Shown here: piece by piece, positions 13,560-25,376 of the stretch
Layout: every line of letters begins with the position of its first letter
Numbering within the stretch: the stretch's first letter is position 1
Assembly: GCF_001194135.2 (NCBI RefSeq)
Contig: NC_068985.1
Span: 11,340,568 to 11,404,567, forward strand
Source of the DNA: Octopus bimaculoides
Lineage: Eukaryota
Length of the DNA: 64,000 nt
Reading direction: 5' to 3'
Made by a program: the position numbers and the translations under genes
The notes under the pieces: model-generated
What the model was told of the DNA's origin: nothing
The model's database searches: none
Seen by the model: the letters and a program-made list of their open reading frames with translations, nothing else

Positions 13560-14700
13560 TCGTAATAGCGAGATTTGATTGATATGCGGTAATCGGACAT
13601 CTCCCACTGACGATTTCCAGGAGAATGAAATCATATGATTTTGAAGTTCCGGCGTCTATGACGTACCGTTTTCGTCTCGAACAATCTATTTCTGTGCATT
13701 TACGCAGTTGTCCCTAGTTTTTCTCTTTCCTTTTGTTCTTTGAAGAGATATTCACATTGGCAGAACAATTGACCTCTATAATGACACGCAAATTTTTCTT
13801 GTCTTTCCCAAACAACCATGTCCGCCTGACACGGTTGCTGTTGGTAGAAGGTGCGTTGGTAAGGTTCCACTAATATTCCTTGTGATGTTTATGAATAAGA
13901 TTTCTTTATAGTCATGTCGGGACAGTCTTTCCTTTTCGAATGACATTATATAGTGTTTTAGGGTCAACGTCACTTTCCATTGAAAATAATTACCCTAATT
14001 TCATTTTGGTGTGGTTTCTGATAGCATGTGTGATGTCTTCCTTAGGCACATGGCATAATCGACATTTGCGTTGCATCTTTGTTGCAGTGACTCTTTTATC
14101 CAATAGATGTTTTGTAGCAATCACCAACTTTTGGATTCCAAACACATCACATACAGCGTGCGATGTCATGTTGTGGTGAAGAACCGATAAAATTTCCAGT
14201 ACATGTCGATATTAGTGAAATCTTGAAGTCTTCAGGAAACATATCAATGCTACTTTTCTATACTTTTTTGGCATGATGTACGTTTCATATCTATATCTCA
14301 GTTGAGGTATGGTACTCCAGTTCTTTTGGAGTTGTAAAGGAGTTCGTCAGGAAGTGACACTTCCTGACGAGCTCACAGACTACACATAGGCTGTTGTTTA
14401 CGTCACTTTCAGTTTTAGGCTCTTGTATTTGTCTTTACTGTAATTTAGCAGAAGTTGTCAGAGATTTTGTACGGCTTTCGAAAGAAGTCTGCTCTGATCT
14501 CAAACGCCAACTTTTTTCATCTCACCATAAAGCCTGACAATATCACTGTTTCTGAGGAAGATTCCAGTTGATGTCAGTATTATGCTGGTTTTAATGTCTA
14601 CAGAGTGAATTTCCTCTGCAGCTTCTATATCCAAATTACAAATTTACATTTATAGCAATAATTGGTGCACTTTGGTCTGTGAGTAAATGCCAAACAGAAA
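13560..14700 (-). pseudogene. Dong/R4-clade non-LTR retrotransposon relic (post-RT region, CCHC knuckle, restriction-like endonuclease)
   Basis: Minus-strand translation with frameshifts: EIHSVDIKTSIILTSTGIFLRNSDIVRLY, LRSEQTSFESRTKSL, FGIQKLVIATKHLL, KCRLCHVPKEDITHAI, KTLYNVIRK, HKEY*WN, IIEVNCSANVNISSK. Confidence 0.8.
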
Positions 14701-14713
14701 GTTAGACAAGCTA

Positions 14714-14951
14714 GGGCGGCGAGCTGGCAGAAACGTTAGCACACCGGGCAAAATGCTTAACGGTATTTCGACTGCCGCTACGTTCTGAGTTCAAATTCCG
14801 CCGAGGTCGACTTTGCATTTCATCCTTTCAGGGTCGATTAAATAAGTGCCAGTTACGCACTGGGCCTCGATATAATCGACTTAATCCGTTTGTCTATCCT
14901 TGTTTGTCCCCTGTATGTTGAGCCCCTTGTGAGCAATAAAGAAATAAGAAA
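14714..14951 (+). mobile_element. SINE family B with probable TSD
   Basis: Full head to AATAAAGAAATAAGAAA tail; TTAGACAAGCTA (14702-14713) vs TTAGATAAGCTG (14953-14964). Confidence 0.92.
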
Positions 14952-15638
14952 TTTAGATAAGCTGGGGCTTTTTCAGAAAAAAAAAATATCAACGAACTGT
15001 AAGTGGAACAATAAAATTATGCAAGACATTTCTCAAGTTTAAAATGTGACAGTATTTTCGTTATGTACATTCTAGCATGTGTATATCTGTTAGAAATCAA
15101 CCCCTTCCTTAGAAAAATAATTTAAATAAAACCATGCATACATACATATCTATATGTATGTATAAACATGTGTGTATATGCGTGCGTGTGTGTGTGCTTG
15201 TGTGCTTGTGTAGATGTTTATGATTGATCTTTAGTTTCTGTGCGTGTGAACTAACTTGTTGCTACAGGTTGTAATGGATCTTGTGACTAACGTTTGGCTG
15301 TGTTACCATAACTCTCTGCTAAAGTTCTTTAAACCTGCCTTCAACAAACTGTGTTTACCAAACGGTCTATCACAATTTATTTCAACCGCCGCCCACGCCG
15401 CTACTTTTACTATTTCAAACAATTCAACCCTATCTACACACTCTCACTCATTTTCTGTTTGTCTGTCTCTCTCTCTTTGTCTCTCTTTGTCTCTCTCTCT
15501 CACTATTTTTCATTTCTATCTCTTTTATTTTGTTTTGTTTCCACATATTTTCTCCTTCCTTGCTTTCACTAAAATATTTCTTCCAATTACACTATTTCTT
15601 GGTTTCTCCAATTCTCTCTCTCTCTTTCTCTCTCACTA

Positions 15639-15669
<31 letters not shown>

Positions 15670-16095
15670 ATAAATAAATAAATAAATAAATGGATAGAGA
15701 GATAGATAGATATATAAATGGATAGATAGATATATAAATGGATAGAGAGATGGGTAGATACATAGATAGCTATCTAGCTGGCCAGGTAGGCAGTTAGCTA
15801 GCTGCTTAGCTAGCTAGTTATCTGTCTATCTATCTATATGTCTATTGATCGATCGATCTAGCTATTAAGCCATCTCTGCCATTACCCTTCTGTTATGACC
15901 CTGTCTTTTATTGCAAATATTCTCATCCTTTTTCTCTCTCCCTCTATCCAATCCTTCACTTCATTCAAGTCCCGCTGTATACTTTCTTTACATTTTCTCA
16001 GCGCAGCGTCTCTGCTATTTTAGTAACAATCTTCACACACATCGAACTACACACACTCACACTACATTGATATATGCAGATATTCATATATTTTC

Positions 16096-16268
16096 TTTTT
16101 TTACTTGCGACCATGCTGGAGCACCGCCCGACGCCAGGGCTTATTCTTTGTGAGCCTAGTACTTATTCTGAGGGTCTCTTTTCCTGAACCACACGGTGAC
16201 GGGGACGTAACACCACAGCATCGGTTGCCAAGCGATGCTGGGGGGGGGGCAAACACACACACACACAA

Positions 16269-16299
<31 letters not shown>

Positions 16300-16374
16300 C
16301 GCACACAAATATATAAATATATATAAATATATACAACGAGCTTCTTTTAGTTTCCATCTACCAAATCCATTCAC
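16096..16374 (-). mobile_element. SINE family C, head missing
   Basis: CCATGCTGGAGCACCGCC tail and TTTCAGTTTCC.TCTACCAAATCC core with internal (CA)/(TA)n. Confidence 0.88.
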
Positions 16375-16539
16375 ATCTTTGGATATCCTTGTTGCTTATA
16401 TATATATATATATAAATTTATTTAAATTGATGTGCACACAAAATTGTACGATTAACAACCTTACATGTGAGAATGTTGCTACGTTGATAACAGATACAAT
16501 ATTTTTACCAACTTTTGGAATAGATCTATAAATACAAAG

Positions 16540-16578
<39 letters not shown>

Positions 16579-16964
16579 TTTTTACTTGTTTGTCATTTGA
16601 GTGCGGCCATGCTGGAGCACCGAACGAATCGACTCCAGGAAAGCTAATTCTTTGTAACTTTAGTACTTATTCTGTCGGTACCCTTTGACAAGCCGTGAAG
16701 TTATGGAGACGTAAACACACGAACATCGGTTGTCACGCGATGTAGGAGGGACACACACACACACACACACAAACACACAGACACACACATATATATATAT
16801 GCGACTGGCTGCTTTCAGTATCCATCTACCAGATCCATTCACAAGTATTCAGTCGGCCCGAGGCTATAGTAGAAGAGACATGCTCAAGGTGTCACCCAGT
16901 GGGACTGAACACAGAACCATGTGGTTAGGAAGCATGCTTCTTACCACACAGCCACTCCTGCGCC
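16579..16964 (-). mobile_element. SINE family C, full length
   Basis: Head GGCGCAGGAGTGGCTGTGTGGTAAG (revcomp at 16941-16964), B box GTTCAGTCCC, internal microsatellite, tail. Confidence 0.92.
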
Positions 16965-17154
16965 CATATATATGAATATATATATGTGTGTGTGTATATA
17001 TATATATATAATTGTATTACGAAATCTATTTATTTCTGATTATTTATTCTTTTCCTTATAACTCCTGTGTCTCTCTCACTTATGCCCATCTCCCGTTCTT
17101 TCACTTTAAGTCTCTTTCTTTCACTCTCCCGCCTTCTCTTTCTTTCTCTCTCAT

Positions 17155-17197
<43 letters not shown>

Positions 17198-17689
17198 TAC
17201 ACGAATGAATAGTCACACGAACACACGAACACTCACACACATACACACGCTTACTCTTACTTCATTCTCCGAAAATAGTTAAGGAATGTACCGCTGAGAG
17301 TCCGCCTGTTTGCACATTCCAGACATAAGACAAGAATGTAACTGAAGAATTCACACAATGTCTTAAAGCCCCGGTACCCGCTGCCCACCCGACTCCTACA
17401 GAAGGCTGCCATACTCTGCTTTAGCTTTATAAACGATCCACTTGTTGACTTTTCAGTATTTTGTTGTTGCTGCATATGTTGTTTTTGTAATGTTGTTTTC
17501 GTTGTTGCTGCTGTGATTTTGGAAATGGTTGCGATGACGACGATAATGTTCATGATGATGATGTTTTTGGTGGTGATGGTGGTAGAGGTATAGATGGTAG
17601 GAACAGGTAGCGTTAGTGCCAGTTTTTTTTTATTATTTACTGTTATAAAAGTATTTTATTGTTTTTTATCATTCTTTTATCTTCTACGT

Positions 17690-17769
17690 TTTTCACTCAT
17701 TAGAGTGCGGCCATCCTGGGGCATCGCCTTGAATTTCTAGTCGAAAGAATGGACCCCAGTACTTACTAA

Positions 17770-17811
<42 letters not shown>

Positions 17812-18110
17812 TGTAAAGCCTGATACTTATTCTATCGTTTGCCGAACTACTATCTTATGGGGACGTAAACCTATCAACACCGGTTGTCAAGCGATGATTG
17901 AGGACAAACACCCATACGCACACACATATTCATGTATATATATTCATATATATGTACGACGGGCTTCGTTTAGTTTCCGTCTAATAAATCCAATCAGAAG
18001 TCTTTAGTGGAGTCGGGGCTTCAGTGGAAGATATTTACCCAAGGCGACACGCTGTGTGATTGAACTCGGTACCATGTGGTTGGGAAGCAAACTTCTTAAC
18101 GCGGTTACAC
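17690..18110 (-). mobile_element. SINE family C, diverged
   Basis: Same tail, core and head blocks. Confidence 0.85.
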
Positions 18111-18489
18111 GTTTAATAGTTGTTATAATACGTTCGGTAATATTTCAAGTCGACGTCATTGCGATTGTTGTTTTCCTGTTGATGGCTGTGATGATGGCCG
18201 TGGTGTTGATGGAAGCAACCGAGTCTCTGGTGCTTATCTGGTGATGGTGATATTCTTGTATTCGTTTTGCGTTTCATTGTTGTTATTGGTGGTGGTGGTG
18301 GTAGTAGTAATAGTAGTCGTAGTTGTGTTGGCGACGGCGGTGTTATTGTGCTTTTTGTAAGGGAACTGTTCCATCGTTAGAGCCATGTCAGCTCAGGAAG
18401 ACAAGATCCTTCGATGGAAAATATGCCAACCCTCACATCACGTTTTGTTAGTAAATCAGCGCTCCAAGTCTGTCTATTCGACGGTTTCA

Positions 18490-18997
18490 GATCCCAAACG
18501 GGATTTTTTTTTTCTTTGCTTCTTTCAGTCCGTGAAAGGATGTTGCTATGTCCTCGCTTGACCGTCCCTCAGTTCTGATGAGAACGAAGATTTGGTGGAT
18601 CTCTTCATTTAGGGTCCTCTCAAAAGCATTTTTTCTTCCAGTCTGTGAAAAGGTGCCCCTCAGTTCTGATGAGAACGAAGATTTGGTGGATCCCTTTCAT
18701 TGAGGGTCTTCTCAAAAGCCTTTTTTTTTCCTTTGCTTCTAGTCTGTGAAAAGGTATCACTCAGTTCTGGTGAGAGCGAAGATTTGAGGGATCCCTTTAT
18801 TGAGTGTCTTCTCAAAGGCTTCTTTTTTAGTCTATGAAAAGATGTCCCTCAGTTCTGTTGAGAACGAAGATTTGAGGGATCCCTTTCATTGACAATCTTT
18901 ACAAAAGCTTTGTTTTTCTGTCTGTGAAAAGCTGTCCCTTAGTTCTGATGAGAACGGAGATATGAGGGATCCCTTTTATTGACAGTATTCTCAAAGC
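18490..18997. repeat. Tandem array of about 90-bp units, 5 copies plus a partial
   Basis: Units start at 18565, 18656, 18757, 18845, 18935 with CCCTCAGTTCTGATGAGAACGAAGATTTG...GATCCC...TCTCAAAAGC...GTCTGTGAAAAG. Confidence 0.92.
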
Positions 18998-19429
18998 GCA
19001 AACTATCCAATTCCAAGAAATGAGAGAGTGAATGCTCTGAAAAATATATGCTAAACCTAGATCATTACAATGACGAAGACTGCAGTTATGATGACAGCGA
19101 TCTATACGAAGACGATTACAAAATACGAAGACGACGACCATCACGAAGATGGTGATGATAATAATAACGATGATGATGTTTAGCTCCAGGACAATCTACA
19201 TTAAACAGACAAACGATCAAAGTAATCAAAGTGCTCACGCTGTCAGCATCTGGTTTCAAACAGAAAGGCCATCAGAACGCCATTATAGATTCTACATTTC
19301 TTCACTTACGGTCGTAGTATTTCATACAGGGACGTTTGGCTGCTATATTTAACAAATCGACGATCGATTACATAGATAATCTCACAATGTTGCAGCCTCT
19401 GCTTTCGTTTCAATATATATTTAATATGT

Positions 19430-19624
19430 TCTTTTACTTGGTTCAGTCATTAGACTACGACCATGCTGGAGCAGCGCCTTGAATAATTTTTAGTCGAATA
19501 AATCGACCCCGGTCCTCATTGTCTAAACTTGGTACTTATTCTATCGGTCTCTTTTGCCGAAGCCCTAAGTTACCGAGACATAAACAGACCAATACTAGTT
19601 GTCAAGCGGTGGTAGGTGGGTGGG

Positions 19625-19630
<6 letters not shown>
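19430..19630 (-). mobile_element. SINE family C 3' half followed by long (CA)n
   Basis: CCATGCTGGAGCAGCGCC, TACTTATTCTATCGGTCTCTTTTGCCGAA. Confidence 0.88.
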
Positions 19631-19711
<81 letters not shown>

Positions 19712-20096
19712 GCCGATGTTTGTTGTCTTTGCTATTGTTTGTATTATCGCTGAACTTGTTAGTAAATGACGGTTGCTATAATATTTGGTATAACTGATTA
19801 TGGCATCAATGAAATAGCAACGTAAGTAGATGGCCATAAATTGCAGAGATGAAGTGTAAAGCAATTAAATCTTGGCTCGTAGAGTGGTCGATTGGTAGAA
19901 CTAGTAGCCTGCCGGTAAAATTGCTTTGCGGTATTTGCTCCGGTTCTGCGTTCTCATCGCATATGCCACAAAATTCAAAATTACTTAGCAAATATTTTGG
20001 TATCAAATGAGATATAAGTGAAATAATGAGCGCACTTCATGTCTTTCTGTCTCTCTCTCCCTCTCTCTTTCCCTCTTTCCATCTATCAGTAACTAT

Positions 20097-20687
20097 GGAT
20101 CTTTTTTAAAACGGGGGCCACATTTTTCATTAACGAAACACTTTGAAACTTGGAACACTGGTAGAATGTGTCATATAAAACATCTTTTTCTTCTTTAAAA
20201 AAAAAAGAAATCCCTAAGTTATTCCATGTAAAGTTGTCGTATTTCTGTAATTTCAACCAATCACTGACGTCCATTCAGCCGATATACATTAAGAGCCGAC
20301 TACATAAACAAACGATTCTGAAACAATTCTATCGGTGATAGGGTTAGGGTTAGGGAAAAACAGCAAATTTAAAAAGAAAAAAGCAAATAAAACGAAGGAA
20401 AATTAAAGAAAAGGAAAAAAGCAAATTTAAAATGAAAAAAGCAAATAAAACGAAGCTATGGCTTAATCAGCCAAAGGAGTAAATGTAAACAACTGAATAC
20501 TTGTCAGTGATTGGTTGAAATTATCGAAATAAGACAATTTTTTACATGAAATAAATTCGAATACAAAAATATTTTTCTGTTCTATAACACAAAATAGATA
20601 AGTATACGAAGTTTGAAAGTCTTTCGGTACCAAAAACACTACGTAAAACATTAATGAAAAATGTGACCCCCGTTTTAAAAAAGATCC
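20097..20687. mobile_element. Foldback/MITE with long inverted arms and central TTAGGG repeats
   Basis: 37-bp terminal IR 20097-20133 / 20651-20687 (1 mismatch); perfect 20-bp internal IR 20249-20268 / 20503-20522. Confidence 0.88.
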
Positions 20688-21089
20688 GAAACTATCAATC
20701 TTTAGTCATTTCTTTCTCTCTATATATGCTTGTAACTGTTTATCTATTTCGCTATCTGCCGCTGTCTCGCAGAATCGGCTGCGCTGCCCAGCGAAAAGAA
20801 CAAGAAGGGCAACCATTCCTGCAACTTTGAACACCAAGACTCTTGGAATCGAGGCTTTAGTAGAACATGGTACATGATGATGAATTTGCTTAATACGTAT
20901 TTTATCGGCCATGGAGGAATGGAGAAAATGGCGATGCTGGTGACATACATAAACAACATTGAAATATAGTAAAGGAATATTACATGAACTTGTGCATGGC
21001 ATTGCGCCGTGTGTGACAATTCACCACAGTTCTTATACCATTCAGAGAAATAGTACATGACCTGTACATTCCAGTGACGTCGCATCTCC

Positions 21090-21228
21090 TTTCTATAGCT
21101 GAGGGAACTGGAGCAACGTGATATAAAGTGTTTTGCTCAAGAATACAACGCGCAACCCTGTCCGGGATTCGAACTTACAACGTCACGATCGTAAGCTCGA
21201 CGCTCCAACGACTGAGCCACACACCTTC
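21090..21228 (-). mobile_element. SINE family A 5' half
   Basis: Revcomp head GTGTGGCTCAGTCGTTGGAGCGTC...GTTCGAATCCC and TTGAGCAAAACACTTT. Confidence 0.85.
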
Positions 21229-21283
21229 ACACACACACGCACACACATATGTATATATATATATATATATATATAAACATATG

Positions 21284-21333
<50 letters not shown>

Positions 21334-22122
21334 NNNNNNNNNNNNNNNNNNNNNNNNNNNNNNNNNNNNNNNNNNNNNNNNNNNNNNNNNNNNNNNNNNN
21401 NNNNNNNNNNNNNNNNNNNNNNNNNNNNNNNNNNNNNNNNNNNNNNNNNNNNNNNNNNNNNNNNNNNNNNNNNNNNNNNNNNNNNNNNNNNNNNNNNNNN
21501 NNNNNNNNNNNNNNNNNNNNNNNNNNNNNNNNNNNNNNNNNNNNNNNNNNNNNNNNNNNNNNNNNNNNNNNNNNNNNNNNNNNNNNNNNNNNNNNNNNNN
21601 NNNNNNNNNNNNNNNNNNNNNNNNNNNNNNNNNNNNNNNNNNNNNNNNNNNNNNNNNNNNNNNNNNNNNNNNNNNNNNNNNNNNNNNNNNNNNNNNNNNN
21701 NNNNNNNNNNNNNNNNNNNNNNNNNNNNNNNNNNNNNNNNNNNNNNNNNNNNNNNNNNNNNNNNNNNNNNNNNNNNNNNNNNNNNNNNNNNNNNNNNNNN
21801 NNNNNNNNNNNNNNNNNNNNNNNNNNNNNNNNNNNNNNNNNNNNNNNNNNNNNNNNNNNNNNNNNNNNNNNNNNNNNNNNNNNNNNNNNNNNNNNNNNNN
21901 NNNNNNNNNNNNNNNNNNNNNNNNNNNNNNNNNNNNNNNNNNNNNNNNNNNNNNNNNNNNNNNNNNNNNNNNNNNNNNNNNNNNNNNNNNNNNNNNNNNN
22001 NNNNNNNNNNNNNNNNNNNNNNNNNNNNNNNNNNNNNNNNNNNNNNNNNNNNNNNNNNNNNNNNNNNNNNNNNNNNNNNNNNNAAACATATGCATACATA
22101 CATATATATATATAAACATATG

Positions 22123-22159
<37 letters not shown>

Positions 22160-22164
<5 letters not shown>

Positions 22165-22340
22165 TCATATTTTGCCAATTAAACGCACCACACGCACTAT
22201 ATATTTAGTCTTCTCTTGAGCATATAGGTTTTTTTTTTTGTTTTTTTTTTGCTTTCTTTGACAAAGTAGAATGATAATAACGAAACTGAAGTGAAGACCA
22301 AATATCTATCGTGTGTATTTAATTGGCAAATATGACCATC
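22160..22340. mobile_element. Short inverted-repeat element next to (TA)n
   Basis: GATGGTCATATTTTGCCAATTAAA (22160-22183) vs TTTAATTGGCAAATATGACCATC (22318-22340); similarity extends inward to GTCTTC/GAAGAC. Confidence 0.75.
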
Positions 22341-22674
22341 CCCAAAGTATAACACTATCTGTTTCAACGAACGATTTCACACCAAGAATCTTACAAAACA
22401 AATACATAAACGTCTTTTTCAATTCTTTTGCCAAATGATTCGCATTCATATTCATTCTCTCTTTTCTACTTCTCTACAAACCCTCATCTCCTCCTCTTAC
22501 GTTTGTCCTATTTTCTTTTATACATTTAATGGAAGTTTTCCACTACCATTTTTCTCTGTCTACCTCATCTCTTCCTTCTTCGACTATGACATTTTCATTT
22601 CTTTGTGTAGCTGTCTTTTCACTATCTGCCTGCATTTCTTTGTTTAATTTAGCGTACGTAGTGCATTTATGTGC

Positions 22675-22778
<104 letters not shown>

Positions 22779-22980
22779 GTGAGTATATGGCAATGTCTAT
22801 GCATTTGTGTGTATATCCCATCCAATACGTATTCCTATCCTATTCCTAAGCATGTTATTTATTTTAACTCTATATTTCCAACCTCGCTTGATTAGTCACT
22901 ATGTGTCTTCCCTCTAATTTCCCTGTCTCTCGCTGTCTCGTCCCCTATCTGTACATAGTTATACATTTGTACATATATGC

Positions 22981-23025
<45 letters not shown>

Positions 23026-23262
23026 GATAGTAGGATAAATTCTTTGTAAGAATTTATCAAGTAGTTAGTGTGAAAAAAACCTCATAACGGAAAAATACAT
23101 AAATTCCCTATAAATATGTTTATTAATTTATATAAGGGCATTACTATACATGAATGCCTCAAGCTAAGAGGGACTCTAAAAGTCAAATTACCATAATAAA
23201 CACATTTTTACCGAACACGAAGGAATGCAACTCTCAAATGCTAACACCCTAAAAACTTAACA

Positions 23263-23317
23263 GTAAATCATGATTTCATAATTAACACAGTAATCTGCAT
23301 CTTTTACTAATCAGTAC
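23263..23317 (-). ncRNA. Degenerate hammerhead-like motif
   Basis: GTA CTGATTA GTAA..TTAC..GAAAT CATG ATT TAC; G8 mutated, extra sequence before GAAA. Confidence 0.35.
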
Positions 23318-23415
23318 ACGCATGGTCAAGACAAATAAAAATAAACATAACTCAACATACCAGACGTGAGGCATTAATGTATAGCAATGCCCTTATATAA
23401 ATTAATATATATATC

Positions 23416-23836
23416 GGCGCAGGAGTGGCTGAGTTATAAGTAGCAAAGATGCAGGAGTGGCTGTGAGGTGAGTAGCTTGCTTAGCAACCACATGGTTTCA
23501 GGTTCAGTCCTTGGGCTTACTACCTTGAGCAAGTGTCTTCTACTATAGACTAGGGCGCACCAAAGGCTTATGAGTGGATCTGGTAGACGGAAACTGAAAG
23601 ACTCCCGTCGTATATACGTATGTATGTGTGTGTGTGTGTGTTTCTGTGTCTGTGTTTGCCCCAAATATCGCTTGACAACCGATACTAGTGTGTTTGCGTC
23701 CTCGTAACATAGCGGTTCGGCAAAGGAGCCCGATAGAATAAGTACTAGGCATACGAAGAAAAGTCCTGGGACAGATTTGCTCGACTGAAGGCCGTGCTCC
23801 ACTATGGCCACAGCCAAATGACTGAAACAAGTAAAA

Positions 23837-23840
<4 letters not shown>
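23416..23840 (+). mobile_element. SINE family C, full length with duplicated head
   Basis: GCAGGAGTGGCTG occurs twice (23419, 23451); B box GGTTCAGTCC; tail ACTGAAACAAGTAAAAGA. Confidence 0.92.
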
Positions 23841-23885
<45 letters not shown>

Positions 23886-24102
23886 TTTCAATAATAGGAC
23901 GAATTCTTTTACAAGAATTTATCAAGTAGCTAGCGTGAAAAAAAACCTCAAGGGAAAAAATCCATCATTTATTCCCGAAATATATAATTCCCGCCACTTA
24001 CATAGGGAAATAGCGATGAACAGTCGTCTATATGCTATGCTGGATACATGGTGTTCGTTTGGTGTGTTGATTCACTGTTTATTGCTATTTTCCTTCACCA
24101 TA

Positions 24103-24161
24103 TTATACTGACGAGTAGAAGTTGTATAATACTACAATAACAACGAAATCATGATCTATAG
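24103..24161 (+). ncRNA. Minimal type-I hammerhead ribozyme-like motif with intact core
   Basis: TTATA CTGACGA [G...C stem II, imperfect] GAAA TCATGAT C TATAG: CUGANGA and GAAA cores, palindromic stem III ATCATGAT, AUC triplet, 5-bp stem I. Confidence 0.6.
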
Positions 24162-24290
24162 TTTAGTTCGTTTTTAAGGGGTTGGCTTTGAGAGTTGCAG
24201 TTCCTCGCATTCGGTAAAAATGTGCTTTTTTATAGTAGTCTGACCTTAGAGTCGCTCATGTCGTGAGGCGTTATTGTATAGTAATGCCCT

Positions 24291-24327
<37 letters not shown>

Positions 24328-24739
24328 TTAAGTCCATCAAACTCCTGTGCACTTCTGTGCCACTAATATTACTATAACTGACAATAGTTTTGTCAATGCC
24401 ATTCCTTACATATGCCAGGCGCTCTGCGTAAGCTAGTCCGTACGTTCCAAAGAGAACACTTCTCATGTTGAGTATTGAATCATCTACTGTTTTTGGAAGT
24501 TGTTACCATGAAGTTCTGGCACGCTTTGTAGTCAAAACAAGAAGATTTAGTGCATCTTCTATTACAACAACAACAACGAAAACATCAGCAACTTAGAATG
24601 TAGACAACAACAGTTACAATTAGTAACCAGCTTGAGAAGAGTTTTCTATACGATCATTAGGTCAGATGGAAATAGCAGCTATATTTTCCTCAGATATTAC
24701 ACTATTATCATTAGACGAAACAGAGATAAGCAATTCTTG

Positions 24740-24945
24740 GTGCTAGAGGCTCAAGACCGTAGAGTTCGGTGGGAGAGAAAGAGCTAGTCGATTCTTTTGA
24801 CCACAGTGCTTGACTTCTATTATTTTATTGACCACGAAAGCATGAATGATAACGTAGACCTCGGTGGAATTTGAACACAGAGCTTAAAACCGGAAAAAAA
24901 TTTCTAAGTATTTTATTCGAAGTGGCAATCATTCTGCTCGTTTGC
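24740..24945 (-). mobile_element. SINE family B, old diverged copy
   Basis: GACCTCGGTGGAATTTGAAC and GTCGATT...GACC blocks. Confidence 0.7.
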
Positions 24946-25338
24946 TATTTTGAAAAGCGATAACGAATGATAATCCGAAACAGCGTTCCCTAAAAATGTG
25001 ATAGTCACATTTGGGAAGCTTGTTATCATTGGTCTGTTGAATGAAGCATGGACTGGAGCTGGATGAGAGAAATAAAGGCCGAAAATATATATCAGAAACA
25101 AATAAGATGAAACTTTCTCGTGATTAAAACGACGAATGACTGCGATGATGAAGTTGATTGATAAATGCATCGCCAAATCCCGTTCAGATGCGAGACATTC
25201 TCGTTACAATCGTAAACCAAAGCACTGACAATCATGAGAAACAATGATAATGTATTCAAATATAAAGTGAAAGATATCTTTGAAATAAGGGATCAAATAG
25301 AAATTTACCATTTGCATGAAGATTTGAATCTAAAGTCT

Positions 25339-25376
<38 letters not shown>

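Larger units (their letters stand above)
23030..24296. mobile_element. Cluster of Penelope-like terminal-repeat fragments (direct and inverted copies) interrupted by a family C SINE
   Basis: 41-bp IR 23121-23161 / 23367-23407 (2 mismatches); third copy at about 24263-24296; about 85-bp direct repeat 23030-23110 / 23893-23975; hammerhead-like motifs inside. Penelope assignment is inference. Confidence 0.65.

Noticed and set aside
18565-18997. Tandem array as a hammerhead satellite or snoRNA cluster
   Set aside because: CTGATGA is present but no stem II followed by GAAA, no NUH in register, and no clear terminal box D
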